A model generated the notes under the pieces. The model made no database searches. It saw nothing but the letters and a program-made list of their open reading frames with translations, and was not told the DNA's origin. A stretch of 63,966 bases of DNA, counting the filler, from Pelomyxa schiedti (Eukaryota; Protista; Evosea), in the NCBI GenBank assembly GCA_020536535.1. It is 11 parts of 11 records of this genome, joined end to end, with 100 filler letters (N's around TTAATTAATTAA, not from the genome) between each part and the next. Parts side by side here need not be neighbours in the genome. Positions count along the whole stretch, not along the records: positions 11,427 to 41,723 come from JAHLWZ010000042.1; positions 41,824 to 47,118 come from JAHLWZ010000758.1; 9 more parts are not named here. One strand, 5' to 3'. The position numbers were made by a program, and so were the translations under genes. Positions 33,165 to 45,040 of this stretch are shown in pieces. Numbering within the stretch: the first letter of the stretch is position 1; every line of letters starts with the position of its first letter.

Positions 33165-36100
33165 ATGGCTCACGATGGTACGAGGAGGGCGGTGTTACAG
33201 GGCGAGGAAGGGCAACCCATAATGGAGACCTGTGCCGCCGGCGCCCCTCCGTCGACGCCGCCGCACCACACGCCGCAACAGCAAGGGACGACACAGGACA
33301 GCTCCGCCGACTACGACGACAACGACGGCGGGACCATGGACCGCGGGGAACAAGGCGGCTCCGACGAGGACAGCGACTGCGTGATCGTCGGCGTCGCGGT
33401 TCCCCTGCCCGCCCCGGGCGACGGCGACGCCGACGAAGCAGACGATGAGGCGGACGGCGCCGCGCCAACCGCAGGCGGCGGCATAAGAAGATCGAGGGGG
33501 CGCAGGAGGCCCGGGGCACATGTTAAAAGGGAGCCGCGGGAGGAGGACGTGGAGCGGGAGAACCAGGGCAGCGGGGAGGAAGAGGAAGCCGAAGAAAGCG
33601 AGGTGGCGGCGGGGGAGGGGGAGGCAGAAGCAGAGGGAGAGGGAGAGGGGGGGAAGGAGCCCAGCGAGGAGGAACAGGGGGACGAGCAGGGAATACAGCG
33701 GGACGAGGATGACGGTACTGGCGGTGGTGACCAAGCGGAGACAGAGGTGATCGAGGTGGACGACGACGACGCCGGTGTCGGTGGTGGTGATAATGGCGAC
33801 GAGGAGGGAGCGAATGGCTGTGATGAGGATGAGGATGGGGATGGGGATGGGGATGACGGAGTGGCGAAAATCGATTGTGGGAATGGAGAGGATGATGATA
33901 CCACGGGAACGGGAACGAGAGGAAGGGGTGACGATGACGGAGAGAACGATGACTATGAAGATCAAAGGAAACACCGGACCGAAAAGAGGAGAAGAACCCC
34001 TGAGAAGCCGTCGAATGAAGGTTCTGGCCCTTGCTCTACATCCACTACTGCGTCCACTTGCATAAGGAACCAGAAAAATAAACCGGTGGAAGAGGAATCT
34101 GGCATTACAAAACTTTTGGCACTTTTTGATCAAGAGAGGGAGAAAAATGAGATGAAATTACTGCTAAAGGAAGTTGTCAAATTAAAGCAGAAGCTCAAAA
34201 TGAAGAAATTGGAAGAGAAAAAGAAAGTTTGTTCATGTGGTCATGCTACAACATGTGCATTAGAATCACAGTCCGTTCATAATGAGACATCCACTTCCCA
34301 CAAAAAGCCAAACCGCACAGCTTTCACACTTGAAGAAGATCTTTGCATTCTCAAGTTCGTTGAAGACAACCCAAACATGGGGACTCGAGGAAATGCAATG
34401 TGGAGACAGCTTGCAACTCAAGTTTATTTTTTATCTTTTGTCCTTTTTCCCTACTCCCACTGATATTGTATTTTGTCTTGTCGATTGTCATATGACTTGT
34501 TTTGTGGTTCCATCTTTTTTTTTTTTGTTCAGTCTGCCTCAGGTTACCACACATACATGGCAGAGCTTGCGTAGTCGCTATTTGCACATTAAGGACAAAA
34601 CAGAAGCGGATTTGAGGAAAGATCATACCCCAATTGCAAAGCTCCCCAACTGTTTAAATATGAGACCAATAGAGTCATTCCTTCATGATCCTCAGAATTC
34701 ATCTATACAAGATAGGAACTCATTTTTCCCAACAAATCAACATTTTCTGCATACCCCTGCTATCGACGTCGATGATTCGTGTTTTCCCAATGTACCTTCG
34801 GCCCCACCCTCACCTACCACAGCAACATCTTCAGTGCGAACTCAAACTCCAGTACGTGCTCACCTTTTCCCAGGTCAATCTCAAATGTCACATCCCTATC
34901 CACAGTTGCCTGTGAGCCAACAGCATCCACTATACCACATTGCACAGTGTGACCGACGCACTGCCCCAACGCCAGTACTTCAGCCCCAAATGCAATCAAC
35001 CAAACCTCAAAATATGGATGCACCACAACTTCATTTATCACGTCCCCCAGAAATACCACTATCACAGCAGCAGGTGGCAGTGGACCCTCAGCCTCCACCA
35101 GTACCTCAATTACAACCTCCACCGCCACTCCATCCACCATCACAGGTGCAGTCGCCGCCGTACCCACGGCCTGCATCACAACAGCAGTCCCCGATACAAG
35201 GGTCACCACAACCTCAGCCACCCCCAATGCAACAACAACAAGCACAGTTGCTGTCACGACCTCCACAGTCCCAACCATACTTACAACCCGTACCACAATT
35301 ACAGCAACCACCTCAACTGCCACGGTTGTTGCAACCCTCATCACAGCCGCAACAAACGCCACAGACTGAACCACTGCCACAAATAGAGCGACAACACAAG
35401 ACACATATATCACAACAACTTCCGCAACCCCGAACACATCTAGAACAACAATCACGGCCACCGCAACCAGCAGAGCCACAACAAATTGATTTACCCCTCA
35501 CCTCTCCAGAGACAGTTCAATACATTCCTTCTAATCCACACCTACCGTCACTACTACAAGAGCCTGTTGCACAACAGCCAGAGCCTATTTCTTCAACAAC
35601 ATCATGTACAAATACCTACTCCCAGACTGAAACTTCAAATTTACCCAAATCTGTACATAAGGGACGAACACAGCAAAACCAAATTACTCCCTTGAAAAGC
35701 AAAGAAATTCCGCAACCAAAGCCACCAAAGCTCACAAATCCCAACAAATCCTCTGCAACCAAAAGGCCGGCTACACAAACGACAGCTGCAGCAGTAGGTA
35801 TTGTCACATCCCCTGGCAAAGTCAAGTCAGAGCAGGCTACTACACACAGCCGAAGTTCGGGTTTTACATCCAATGCCCTGAGCCAAGTCATCAACGGCAC
35901 GGACAAGGATTTAAAAGAAGTTGCAGGGGCACTTCTGGCAACCGGTTCAGTGCATGGAGCAATAACATTACTGAATGGAGAAGGTTTCCTTTCACTCCCC
36001 TACCTACCACTTGAAACTAACCGGCCCCAACAGACCCTGGTGTAAAAGTATGGAAATCTTCCGAGAACGTATGTTCTAATTTTCTTTCCCCCTTCCGTTT

Positions 36101-36289
36101 TTCACGCACTGAACTCTCCTAATACAGAGGGCCCTGCTCAAGAGAGACCTACCTCGAAGTGAAGAAATTTTCAAAGCTGTGGGTGTTGCTGCATTCCGTG
36201 CACGGCTTGACTTCCTCAGAATTCCAGTCAAAGATTTCCCGTTCCTGCAGGACCAAGTACCCCCAGCAGAAGTCATCTCATTACTTTAG
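33165..36289 (+). CDS. RAP1: RAP1/TERF2IP-like protein (Rap1-type Myb domain plus RCT-like C-terminus)
   Basis: RTAFTLEEDLCILKFV..RGNAMWRQLATQ|VTTHTWQSLRSRYL. C-terminal ALLATGSVHGAITLL..VWKSSE|..ALL...GVAAFRARLDFL. Long acidic and Q/P-rich linkers. Confidence 0.72.
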
Positions 36290-36573
36290 TGCACAACAAC
36301 CCAACCTGGGGTTTTTTTTCTCAAGCACTGTTCTGTGCCGAAGGACTGTACAATTGGCAAAAAAAGAGTTAAACAACTCTAATCTGAGTTGGCACTAATT
36401 ACCTGCACATCATTTATAAGCTTTTGCTGGCCACACCAGTCAATATTCAAATAAAAAAGATAGAAGTTCTTGTGGAGTATGTTTTTTTGCTTGTAGTCCC
36501 TTGCCACCATCACATCTGATGGCTCAAGGGAACTGGCAATCCATCCTCCTATTTATGAATTCCCAAACGAACG

Positions 36574-37869
36574 ATGGCTGGCGCTTCAGCCCCTCTGAAC
36601 AGGGTAGACGTGTGCAGCCCGCTTACTCACGGAGATATTGACAGCAGAACGGTACCAGCATCCGCGACGGTTTGTGCGGTGACGTTGGACCAATCAATAG
36701 TATCTGCTCAACGGGTATGTATTTACCCTCTCCATAGCAAACAAACATTAGGGCACCCACTGCCCACGACACACTCCCCACTCCAACTAATTATTGTTGT
36801 AGGAATGTGCGTCGTTTATTGCTGAAGCGGACAATGTGGAGAGAAAATTACAGGCTCAACTGAGAACCAGAATCGAGCTGCTGAAAAAAGAAGCACAGAA
36901 TATTTGTACTGAGACAGGTTTCGTAGCATCTCATATAACGACAACCTAACTCACAAATACCTCATCTCCAGTTGAAAGACTCAATAGACAGAAATTCATA
37001 TCCGAAACACTTTCGGATCAAGATTCCTCCTGCATACAGTCTGCAATGAATTCTGCATTAGATTCTTATGGAAATGCTCAAAGCCAGAACATAGATTCAC
37101 TTCAAGTACACAAATATCTCCAACTCCTTTTAGTATTCACAGGAAAATCAGACACGGGACACAGAGAATCTCAAGGCGTGCGAGTACGGTTTATTACTCC
37201 TCAACAGCACTGCATGTCACCGCGCAATTTCATCTCTGAGTTGCGGTGTGAAAAAAGAAAATCATCCTCCATCATGTTTCTAAACCAAGAACAGGAGTCA
37301 CACGGGAATTCACATGCAACTGCAACTGGGACCGGCGAGGAATCATGTGGTGGTTGGGAACCACCCCGGACCCAAGGCATCACCCTTTACAACACACCCC
37401 GAATCACATCAACCCGCACACATCCGGCCTCGTCATCGCTTCATGGTCCGGAACATGCAGCGGTTCACCTCAAAGCACACTTGATCGCGACTGCAACATC
37501 CCCAATTACACTGCACACGAGCCGAACAGTTGGTGGCAGGTGGACCTGAGGCCATGTGGAGGATCAGTGAGACCATCAAAGTACTCAATCAGGCACAGCA
37601 GGAACACGGGCAACTTTTTGAGGAACTGGGAGCTGAGGGGATCAAACGACGGCACAGCTTGGACAACCCTCACAAGACACACAAACGATCAAACAATCAA
37701 CAGACCACTTGGAGTTGGCACATGGAATGTCCCCCAGACATCAACACCATCAACTGAACCATCGTTCAGTATCTTTCGTGTGATAATGACTGGACCCTGC
37801 TCAAGTGGCTGCCTTCACCTTGTAATTGCGGGCTTTGAAATTTATGGTTTGCTCACAATCGCGCTGTAA
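36574..37869 (+). CDS. TRIM-family paralog reduced to coiled coil plus discoidin-like domain (no RING, B-box or FN3 seen)
   Basis: VERLNRQKF..AMNS..LQ and ENLKACE..TACHRAISSL align with the coiled coil of the minus-strand copies. The last exon runs directly into VTREFT..GIMWWLGT...IAGFEIYG. Confidence 0.7.
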
Positions 37870-37923
37870 ATATAGCAGTAAAAAAATCAAATCGTCAAAA
37901 ACAACTCCTTTTATTCCTACATA

Positions 37924-39784
37924 TTACAGCCTTAGAGGATAGGGAAGACTGAAGTGGAATGCAAGTTCTATGATGAATTGAAGTGTAGGTAGTGGTATGA
38001 TGCTGAATACACCACCCTTCTTCCATGAGAGGAACAACGGCTTTAGTTGCCTGAAAGTAGGGAACCTTCCCTTGATGAAGAAGACAGTCTGGGCCTTTTC
38101 ACAATCCACAACATAAACATCACCTCTCGGCGTCATCCATAGACCCATTGGGGTTACAAGGGATGGGTGGGTGAAAAACTCGGTTGCTTTGGTGGCTGTT
38201 GTGTTTCAGTGAGGGGTTTGTGTGTCTTGAATTGGGATTTGTACCTCTGTTGAAAGACATAACAACGGAGTACTTTGGGTCGGTGAGGAAAAACATGTTT
38301 CCGGAGCTATCTACTTTGATTCCTGTGGGCAACATTGGATGGGAGTTGCATTCGAAGCGTGTTATGGTAGAGACCATTCCTGGAAAGATAGTTAGCTTAG
38401 TGAAAGTTCTTTATTGGTAAACCGTCTTTAATTCTCCTTATGCTTGATGAAATAGAATCGGCAACATAAATCGCCCCCGTCGAGTCAACGCAAACGCCGC
38501 GAGGAAGATTGAACTGAGCACTGGAGCACTCGCCATCCTGGGAGCCAGCCTTGCTGCTGCCAGCAATGGTTGTCACAGTGCCTTTTAGGAAGCTAAATCA
38601 GTAACAAAATGGAAACTGCCTCACAAGAGAGATACCATCCAGAGTAACTCTTCGTATTCTGTGATTTTCAGAATCAGACACTACAAGTGTCCTAGTCGAC
38701 TTGTCAAATACAATTCCCCACGGGCCTCTGAATAATGCCTTGGGGCCTCTCCCATCAGCATAGCCACCCGAAGGTGAACCAGCAAGTACAGTCACATTCC
38801 CTTTTTAAATATCCTCAGAAACAAAAAAACCCCAGCGAAGCACAAATCAAAATAGACACATGAACACCAACTCAGCAACCAAGTATTTGACTTGACACAT
38901 AACCTACAAGGCACACACACTGCCCACACACCTTCCATAGACACTCTCCTTACACGGGACGATCCCTGCTCCGTCACATAAACAATCCCCTCAGGGTCCA
39001 CAGCCAAAGCAATGGGGTTCCAGAAGGACGCGTCGTGCGGGCCGCCGTCCGACGTCCCCTCCATGGCCCCGACCGCGGCGCCGACGCCGCCCCACCGCGT
39101 CGCGGTCATCTCGCCCCCGCGCATGGACGCCCGCATGGCCTCGGTCAGCATCACCGGGCCCATCCACAGCACCGCGTGCATCGCCCAGTCGACCACCAGC
39201 ACGCGGCCGGGCTGCCCCTGGTCCGCGCCTCCGCCGCCGCCGCCGCCGCCGCCGGGGCCGCGCGGCTCGTCCAGGCACAGGTCGTAGGGCTGCACCAGGC
39301 ACGTGGGGCTGTAGTACCTGTGGAACACGTGGGGCGCCGCCGACATGACGTAGTCGACCTGGCGCCCGCCGCGCCGCATGGGCTCCCTGTCGGCGCCGTC
39401 GTCGTCGTCGTCGATCTCCATGCTGGACCCCGAGTGGTCCGCCGCGGCGCCGCCCCACGTAGTCACCACCGGCGCCGTGGGTGTTATTGTGGCGGCGACG
39501 GAAGTACTAGCAGTTGTGGTGGTGGTTGCTGATGCTGCTGCTGTTGATGGAGGTGGTGTGGATGCTGCCGGGGCCGAGGGGGAGGCCAGGGTCTCGATGA
39601 CGTGGACGGAGCCGTCGTCGGCCGTCACGGTCACGGTGGCTGTCGGGGGCGGGGACGGCGTCCGCTTGCGTGGGGACGTCTTGCTGGCCGGGGGCGGCGA
39701 CGGCGTGCGGTTGCGCGGCGACGTCTTGCCCGACGACGAGGTCGGCTTGGACGAGAACATGAACGCAGCGAGCCTGCCCCTCAT
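37924..39784 (-). CDS. NHL-repeat beta-propeller protein
   Basis: DGGPHDASFWNPIALAVDPEGIVYVTEQGSSRVRRV, LAGSPSGGYADGRGPKALFRGPWGIVFD, DSENHRIRRV, AQFNLPRGVCVD. Confidence 0.82.
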
Positions 39785-39916
39785 TTTTTTTTGTTCGACG
39801 ATGTCACTGTTCTAGAACTACAACAACGGTTTATGTTCCAAAAGAAACAACAAGTCAGTTTTTTTAGTGGAACTCGCTGAACGAACTTCAGGAGGGTTGT
39901 TGGGTGTACTGAAGGT

Positions 39917-40153
39917 TTAAAGTAGATGGTTGGTTGCTGGAGAGAGTCGTTCGGAGAGTTGTTCAAAATGTCCAGTCACTGTTTTGATGGTCGACAAGCA
40001 GGCTTGTGAAGTTAGTGGAAACGAGCAAATCAAAAAAAAAGTCTACCGGCTTTCGTCATCGCCAGTTCTCCCTTTGTGGTAGCAAGCTCTTCCTTTGTTC
40101 TTTCATGTGCCTCTTTTTCCTTTTGCAATTCGGTCCTAGTGTATTCCAACACG
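39917..40153 (-). CDS. 3' fragment of a coiled-coil protein (5' in gap)
   Basis: ELQKEKEAHERTKEELATTKGELAMTKA, intron, short last exon to TAA at 39917-39919. Confidence 0.4.
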
Positions 40154-40253
40154 NNNNNNNNNNNNNNNNNNNNNNNNNNNNNNNNNNNNNNNNNNNNNNN
40201 NNNNNNNNNNNNNNNNNNNNNNNNNNNNNNNNNNNNNNNNNNNNNNNNNNNNN

Positions 40254-41723
40254 CCTGGTTTCTGTGGGCCAATTTTAGTTCGATGACAATGAAGCAAGCA
40301 TCTCATTGCAAAAAAAAAAAAAAAAAAAGTTGATGAGCAATGAATAACAAACAACAGTCACACATAACACATACAACACAACACACTCACCGTTTGGGGT
40401 TGAGAGCGCCTTGAAGGGGGAGTTCCTTCCGTGGATTCCATTTGACTCTGCCCTCACACTCACCATGTATGTGGTTCCCTTCGTCAGCCCACCAACTGTG
40501 ATCCTGGGGTCACTCCCGCATTGGTGTTGTTGTTGCTGTTGTGCTTCTTCTTGTTGGTTGTTGTTGTGGTCGTGTTGTTCTTCCTGCTGTTGTTGCCTGG
40601 ACACAAACACTGTGTATCCTGTCACTCTGTTTATTGTTGCTTTTGTTGGTGGAGGAGCAGGAGGGTCCCAGGAGAGAGTGAGGGATGTTGGGCTCGCTTG
40701 GCATATCTTAGGTTGCCCTGGTGTACCGATTGCTTCTTCTGTCGGCATTATGTCAGTGTTTGTTTGGTGGAATGCAGTCTTTCTTTGATTGCATGGTGAG
40801 TGAACACACACCAGGAGGGAGAATGACACCCAGTGATGATATTGCTTCACGGCATGCTGTTTTGTCAAGGATTGTGAAAATTTCGTCACGTTCACACGGC
40901 TCGAGGTTCTCTGAATTGGATGAAACACGCTCCACTGTCTTTGTGTTTTGTGGGGTTGTGGTTTTTTGTTTCATTCAAGTGTAAAAAGCAACTTACCTGC
41001 AGTGTTTCTGAGGAATGTTTTTGGGCACTGATCACATAAACGTTGGAAGAAGAGTTCATTGCAGATAACGAACAGGAGGAAGCACCCTCAAGATGCTCAG
41101 AAATTGTTGTCAACATGGATTTCTGCCGATTCAGTCTTTCAACTGGACATTGTTGTGTGTTTTATTTTATTTTATTTTGTTTTGTTAGTTCGGAGCACCC
41201 ACCACCCTCTCTTTCAGTTTCAAACCTGTTTTTTCGCAAATATTCGAAGACTGTTGGTTCAGGAAGTCAATCCTGTTTCTCAAGAGATTCTGCAACTCTG
41301 CTCCAACCTTGTTCACTTCAGCTTGGAATGCTGTGTGTTTCTGACAATGGGTGGGTAATCAATGGTTTGTTTCCGGTTTGTGGAATATAAATGTTCAGGC
41401 TTCCAAAATGGCTTCAACCTGTGTGACAGATGCAATTACATTCTCCAACTGTTGCACTGCCACATCGACCTTGTTCTTTTGGTTCCGGCATCTCTTGGAC
41501 AAGTTTTGCAAGTCTGATTTGCTGGCAGCAATTTGGTCCGAAAGTTCAAGCAGTTTATGTCCCTGTATCACAACCAGTGGTGAGAGGTTTAAACAGCCAA
41601 AGAGTTTCACCTGATGTGAAGTGACCGCGCAGACGGAGCACATTAAGGTTGTGCAGTTCACACAGTACAACTCGATTTCTTTCTTGGGGTGTTTGGGACA
41701 ATTGCCTGTTTTGAGATTATGAT
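40254..41723 (-). CDS. TRIM-like paralog, partial (B-box2, coiled coil, FN3), both ends in gaps
   Basis: Near-identical to 29408-30910 including introns. Ends at the acceptor of the discoidin exon (CCCACAG|AAACCAGG). Confidence 0.8.
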
Positions 41724-41823
41724 NNNNNNNNNNNNNNNNNNNNNNNNNNNNNNNNNNNNNNNNNNNNTTAATTAATTAANNNNNNNNNNNNNNNNNNNNN
41801 NNNNNNNNNNNNNNNNNNNNNNN

Positions 41824-43327
41824 TGCCTCGTCACATTTACTTGGTGTTTTGTGGGTCGTTCAACCCTCCTCACTACGCTCACATGAGATGCCTTGGTAGT
41901 CCCTCATATTACATTATATTGTATTATATTACTCATACAATATATTATATACATACACAATATATATTGTGCACAAATTCAGGCCACGTGTATTGCCTGG
42001 TTACCCGTTTTTTGTTTTGTTTTTTTCGGTTTCATCAATAAACGGGTTTAATAACAATCAAAAACTCAAAAGGGGTTACAAATAATCTACAAAAGATTTA
42101 TGTTTTGGGTATTAAATAGAAAATGATGGATACTTAATGGATGAAAACCAAAAATGGGTAGTAAATACGTAGCTGCTAATGTGACTTGTTTCTTTACTTT
42201 GCACTTACAATTATGGTCTCTGTCATTTCAAGAAAATGCAAGGGACTACTGTGTAGCACATGGAGCCAATGTTGTTGGTGGATGTCTTTCCCCAACAAAT
42301 GATGCTTACGCCAAACCAGTACCAAATTTCTTTCTGTAACTTGTNNNNNNNNNNNNNNNNNNNNNNNNNNNNNNNNNNNNNNNNNNNNNNNNNNNNNNNN
42401 NNNNNNNNNNNNNNNNNNNNNNNNNNNNNNNNNNNNNNNNNNNNCATTTCAAGAAAATGCAAGGGACTACTGTGTAGCACATGGAGCCAATGTTGTTGGT
42501 GGATGTCTTTCCCCAACAAATGATGCTTACGCCAAACCAGTACCAAATTTCTTTCTGTAACTTGTTCTAACTGTGAAAAAAGGGACTTCTAAAGGGCAAA
42601 CACCGCTTGGCTATGTGCAAAATGATGTGTGAGGGATCCAAGTGGACAGCAGATGGATGGGAAATGTCCAAGCACACTGTATGATTCTAGTGTTTACCGA
42701 TTTTAGCGTTAAATATCTTTATTTAGTTTATCAACACCGTTATGGTTTTACGGAAATTAGACATTGAGGTGGACTTGAATGTGGGTTTGGATGTGACCCC
42801 AATGCTGGTGTGTGGTGCCGATCTTCTTGACTCATTCAACAGGCCCGGCTGTTGGCCAGAAGCTCACGTAATTTATCAATCGTATTTCTCCAAACTAATT
42901 TAACAAAGATGCTGGAAATCCTGGAAAAATTCGGAGTCCTGTGTGTAGAACGCCCTGGAACTGACACAGAACGATTCTGGACCTCTCCAATACTTGGCCC
43001 GCATAAAGTATTTCTCGAATTTCGGATATACAGTAAACGGAAATAAATAATTGACTTAATTCCGGTTTTTTCCTTTCAATAGGCCAACATTCATATCATA
43101 CATCAACCAATTACCGACGCTCTAAGCTCCACATTAGTCCGGCATGTCCCCCTATCCTCATACATGTCTATCTTCTATTATTATAAGCGTAATAGTAAAA
43201 TTCAAAACTCAAATTTCACTGACCGTTCCTCAATAGAGATAATGTCAAGAAAGGGCACTCCAACAAGTACCTTGTGCCTGATTCCGTCATCAAGTACATT
43301 GCTGACAACAACCTCTTCAAGTCATGA
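41824..43327 (+). CDS. NMNAT: Nicotinamide/nicotinate mononucleotide adenylyltransferase
   Basis: CGSFNPPHYAH, GGCLSPTNDAYAK, HRLAMC, LVCGADLLDSF, LSSTLVR, KYLVPDSVIKYI..NLF. Confidence 0.92.
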
Positions 43328-43495
43328 GGTGCTCAGACAATCCTCAGTGAACAATCTAAATGTGCTGGATGTTTGCAAGAGTAGTTGGGACAAAAACAAT
43401 TTCTCAGTCCTACTAGGGTCCCTGAATGTATCTCCGTTGATCATTGTCCCTAGAAAATTTTCATTCAGCAGATTTGTCCTTTAAACAAAACGAAA

Positions 43496-44808
43496 ATGAA
43501 GAAAGGTGCCGCGCCAACGACTAAGAAGGAGAATGAACACAAGGAGATCGTCGTTAGTACGCACAATTAACAAATTACAACCACTCTCCAATTCGGTTTT
43601 TCCTTTTTTTTTTCCCCTCTGGTTTTTTTTGTGGTTGGTTTCTGAGCTGTACTTAAACATTAACATTTTTTAATGAAATAATTGTGCTCCTAAACTTTAC
43701 ACAATAATAAACACACTTATTTTGATGTATCCAAACAGAGAAAACTCCGTCCTTGTCACAGAAGGTGTATCGGGCGAGCTTACAAGGCGCCGTTGGTGCT
43801 GTAGTTGCTGCGGGAATTGCAGCGTTCACGGACCCTGTTGTAAACCGCGTGCTGGTGCAGCGCGTTGGCGTGGTGCAAGCAATCAAGCAGACAAACATGA
43901 AGCACGTGTCAAAGTACTTCCGCACTACGCTTACTACAAATATGCTCAAGTTCCCGATGTACGAAGTTCTGAGTTTGGTGTGTGCAACAATCGGGAAACA
44001 TAATCGTTTTGAAGTATTAATATGTTATAAAAATATAAGTTGAATTCGAAAAGCCACTAACAGTAATGTTCAGCTCTCTGATTCTGTTCCTGTTCCTCCA
44101 TCTGTGAGGGGACTTGCAACTGGTGCCCTGTTCACAACGGCAACCCTTCCAATTACCAACTACCGCTATAGCAAGTCAGTTGGAGAACCTATTTCTTTCT
44201 CTTCCCTTTACAAAGCGTGTGTTCCTCCAATCCTTTTCTCCAATATTTAATCACCATTTAGTTATCCACCCACACTTGTCCGGGATATGATTTATGGAGT
44301 GGCCCGCACAAAGGCTAACCAAATGGTGAATTTAATACCAATGACCTACTGTTACTTACTAAGTCTTCAGATTGCCAAAAAGTGGCCAACTATGAAGGAG
44401 ACACCCCGTGGCCAATTCTGGGGAATGTTTGGTGCTGTTATGGCCGCATGCGTTGCCAGTGCTCCTGGAAATGAACTCAGGGGATACTATCTTCAACCAA
44501 AGAATAAGCGTTTACCAGTGAAGGACTTCTTCCAGGTTCGTTTTTTTCTATATTTGCTATATTTTTAATAGAATTATTAACTAATTAGACCAAAGTTTGT
44601 TAACACCATTCTAATAATCACACATCAAATTCAGGTTGGGAGGTTTGCCCGTTCCACATCACTTGGTGCTATTGTAATGGCTCTATCTCTTGGTGCTGGT
44701 GTTGTTATCAGCAAGCCACTGCACAACCAGCTCACGTGTGCCGCCAACAAGGTTATGCCCAAGAAGCAACACCAACCAATCACACCCCCAACACCCAAAA
44801 AGAACTGA
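43496..44808 (+). CDS. Polytopic membrane protein, degenerate mitochondrial-carrier-like
   Basis: Hydrophobic helices ending in Pro-containing motifs DPVVNR, LPITNYR and APGNELR. The last two follow Px[x]xxR spacing. First exon (MKKGAAP..) is inferred. Confidence 0.45.
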
Positions 44809-45040
44809 AAGAACTTTTTTAAAAAGAAAAATGCAAGTCCTTATTTACCACTCAGGCTGTAAAAAAAAAATCAAAAAGTAACACTGGGCCCATGGCCTCC
44901 GCNNNNNNNNNNNNNNNNNNNNNNNNNNNNNNNNNNNNNNNNNNNNNNNNNNNNNNNNNNNNNNNNNNNNNNNNNNNNNNNNNNNNNNNNNNNNNNNNNN
45001 NNCCCTGTTCCCGCTGGTCCCGCGGGCCTGCCGCGCCGCC

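Noticed and set aside
33116-33904. Multiple overlapping ORFs on both strands (also 38991-39880, 3821-4288, 34814-35479)
   Set aside because: Antisense or alternate frames of GC-rich or low-complexity exons of RAP1-like, NHL and GRWD1 genes.
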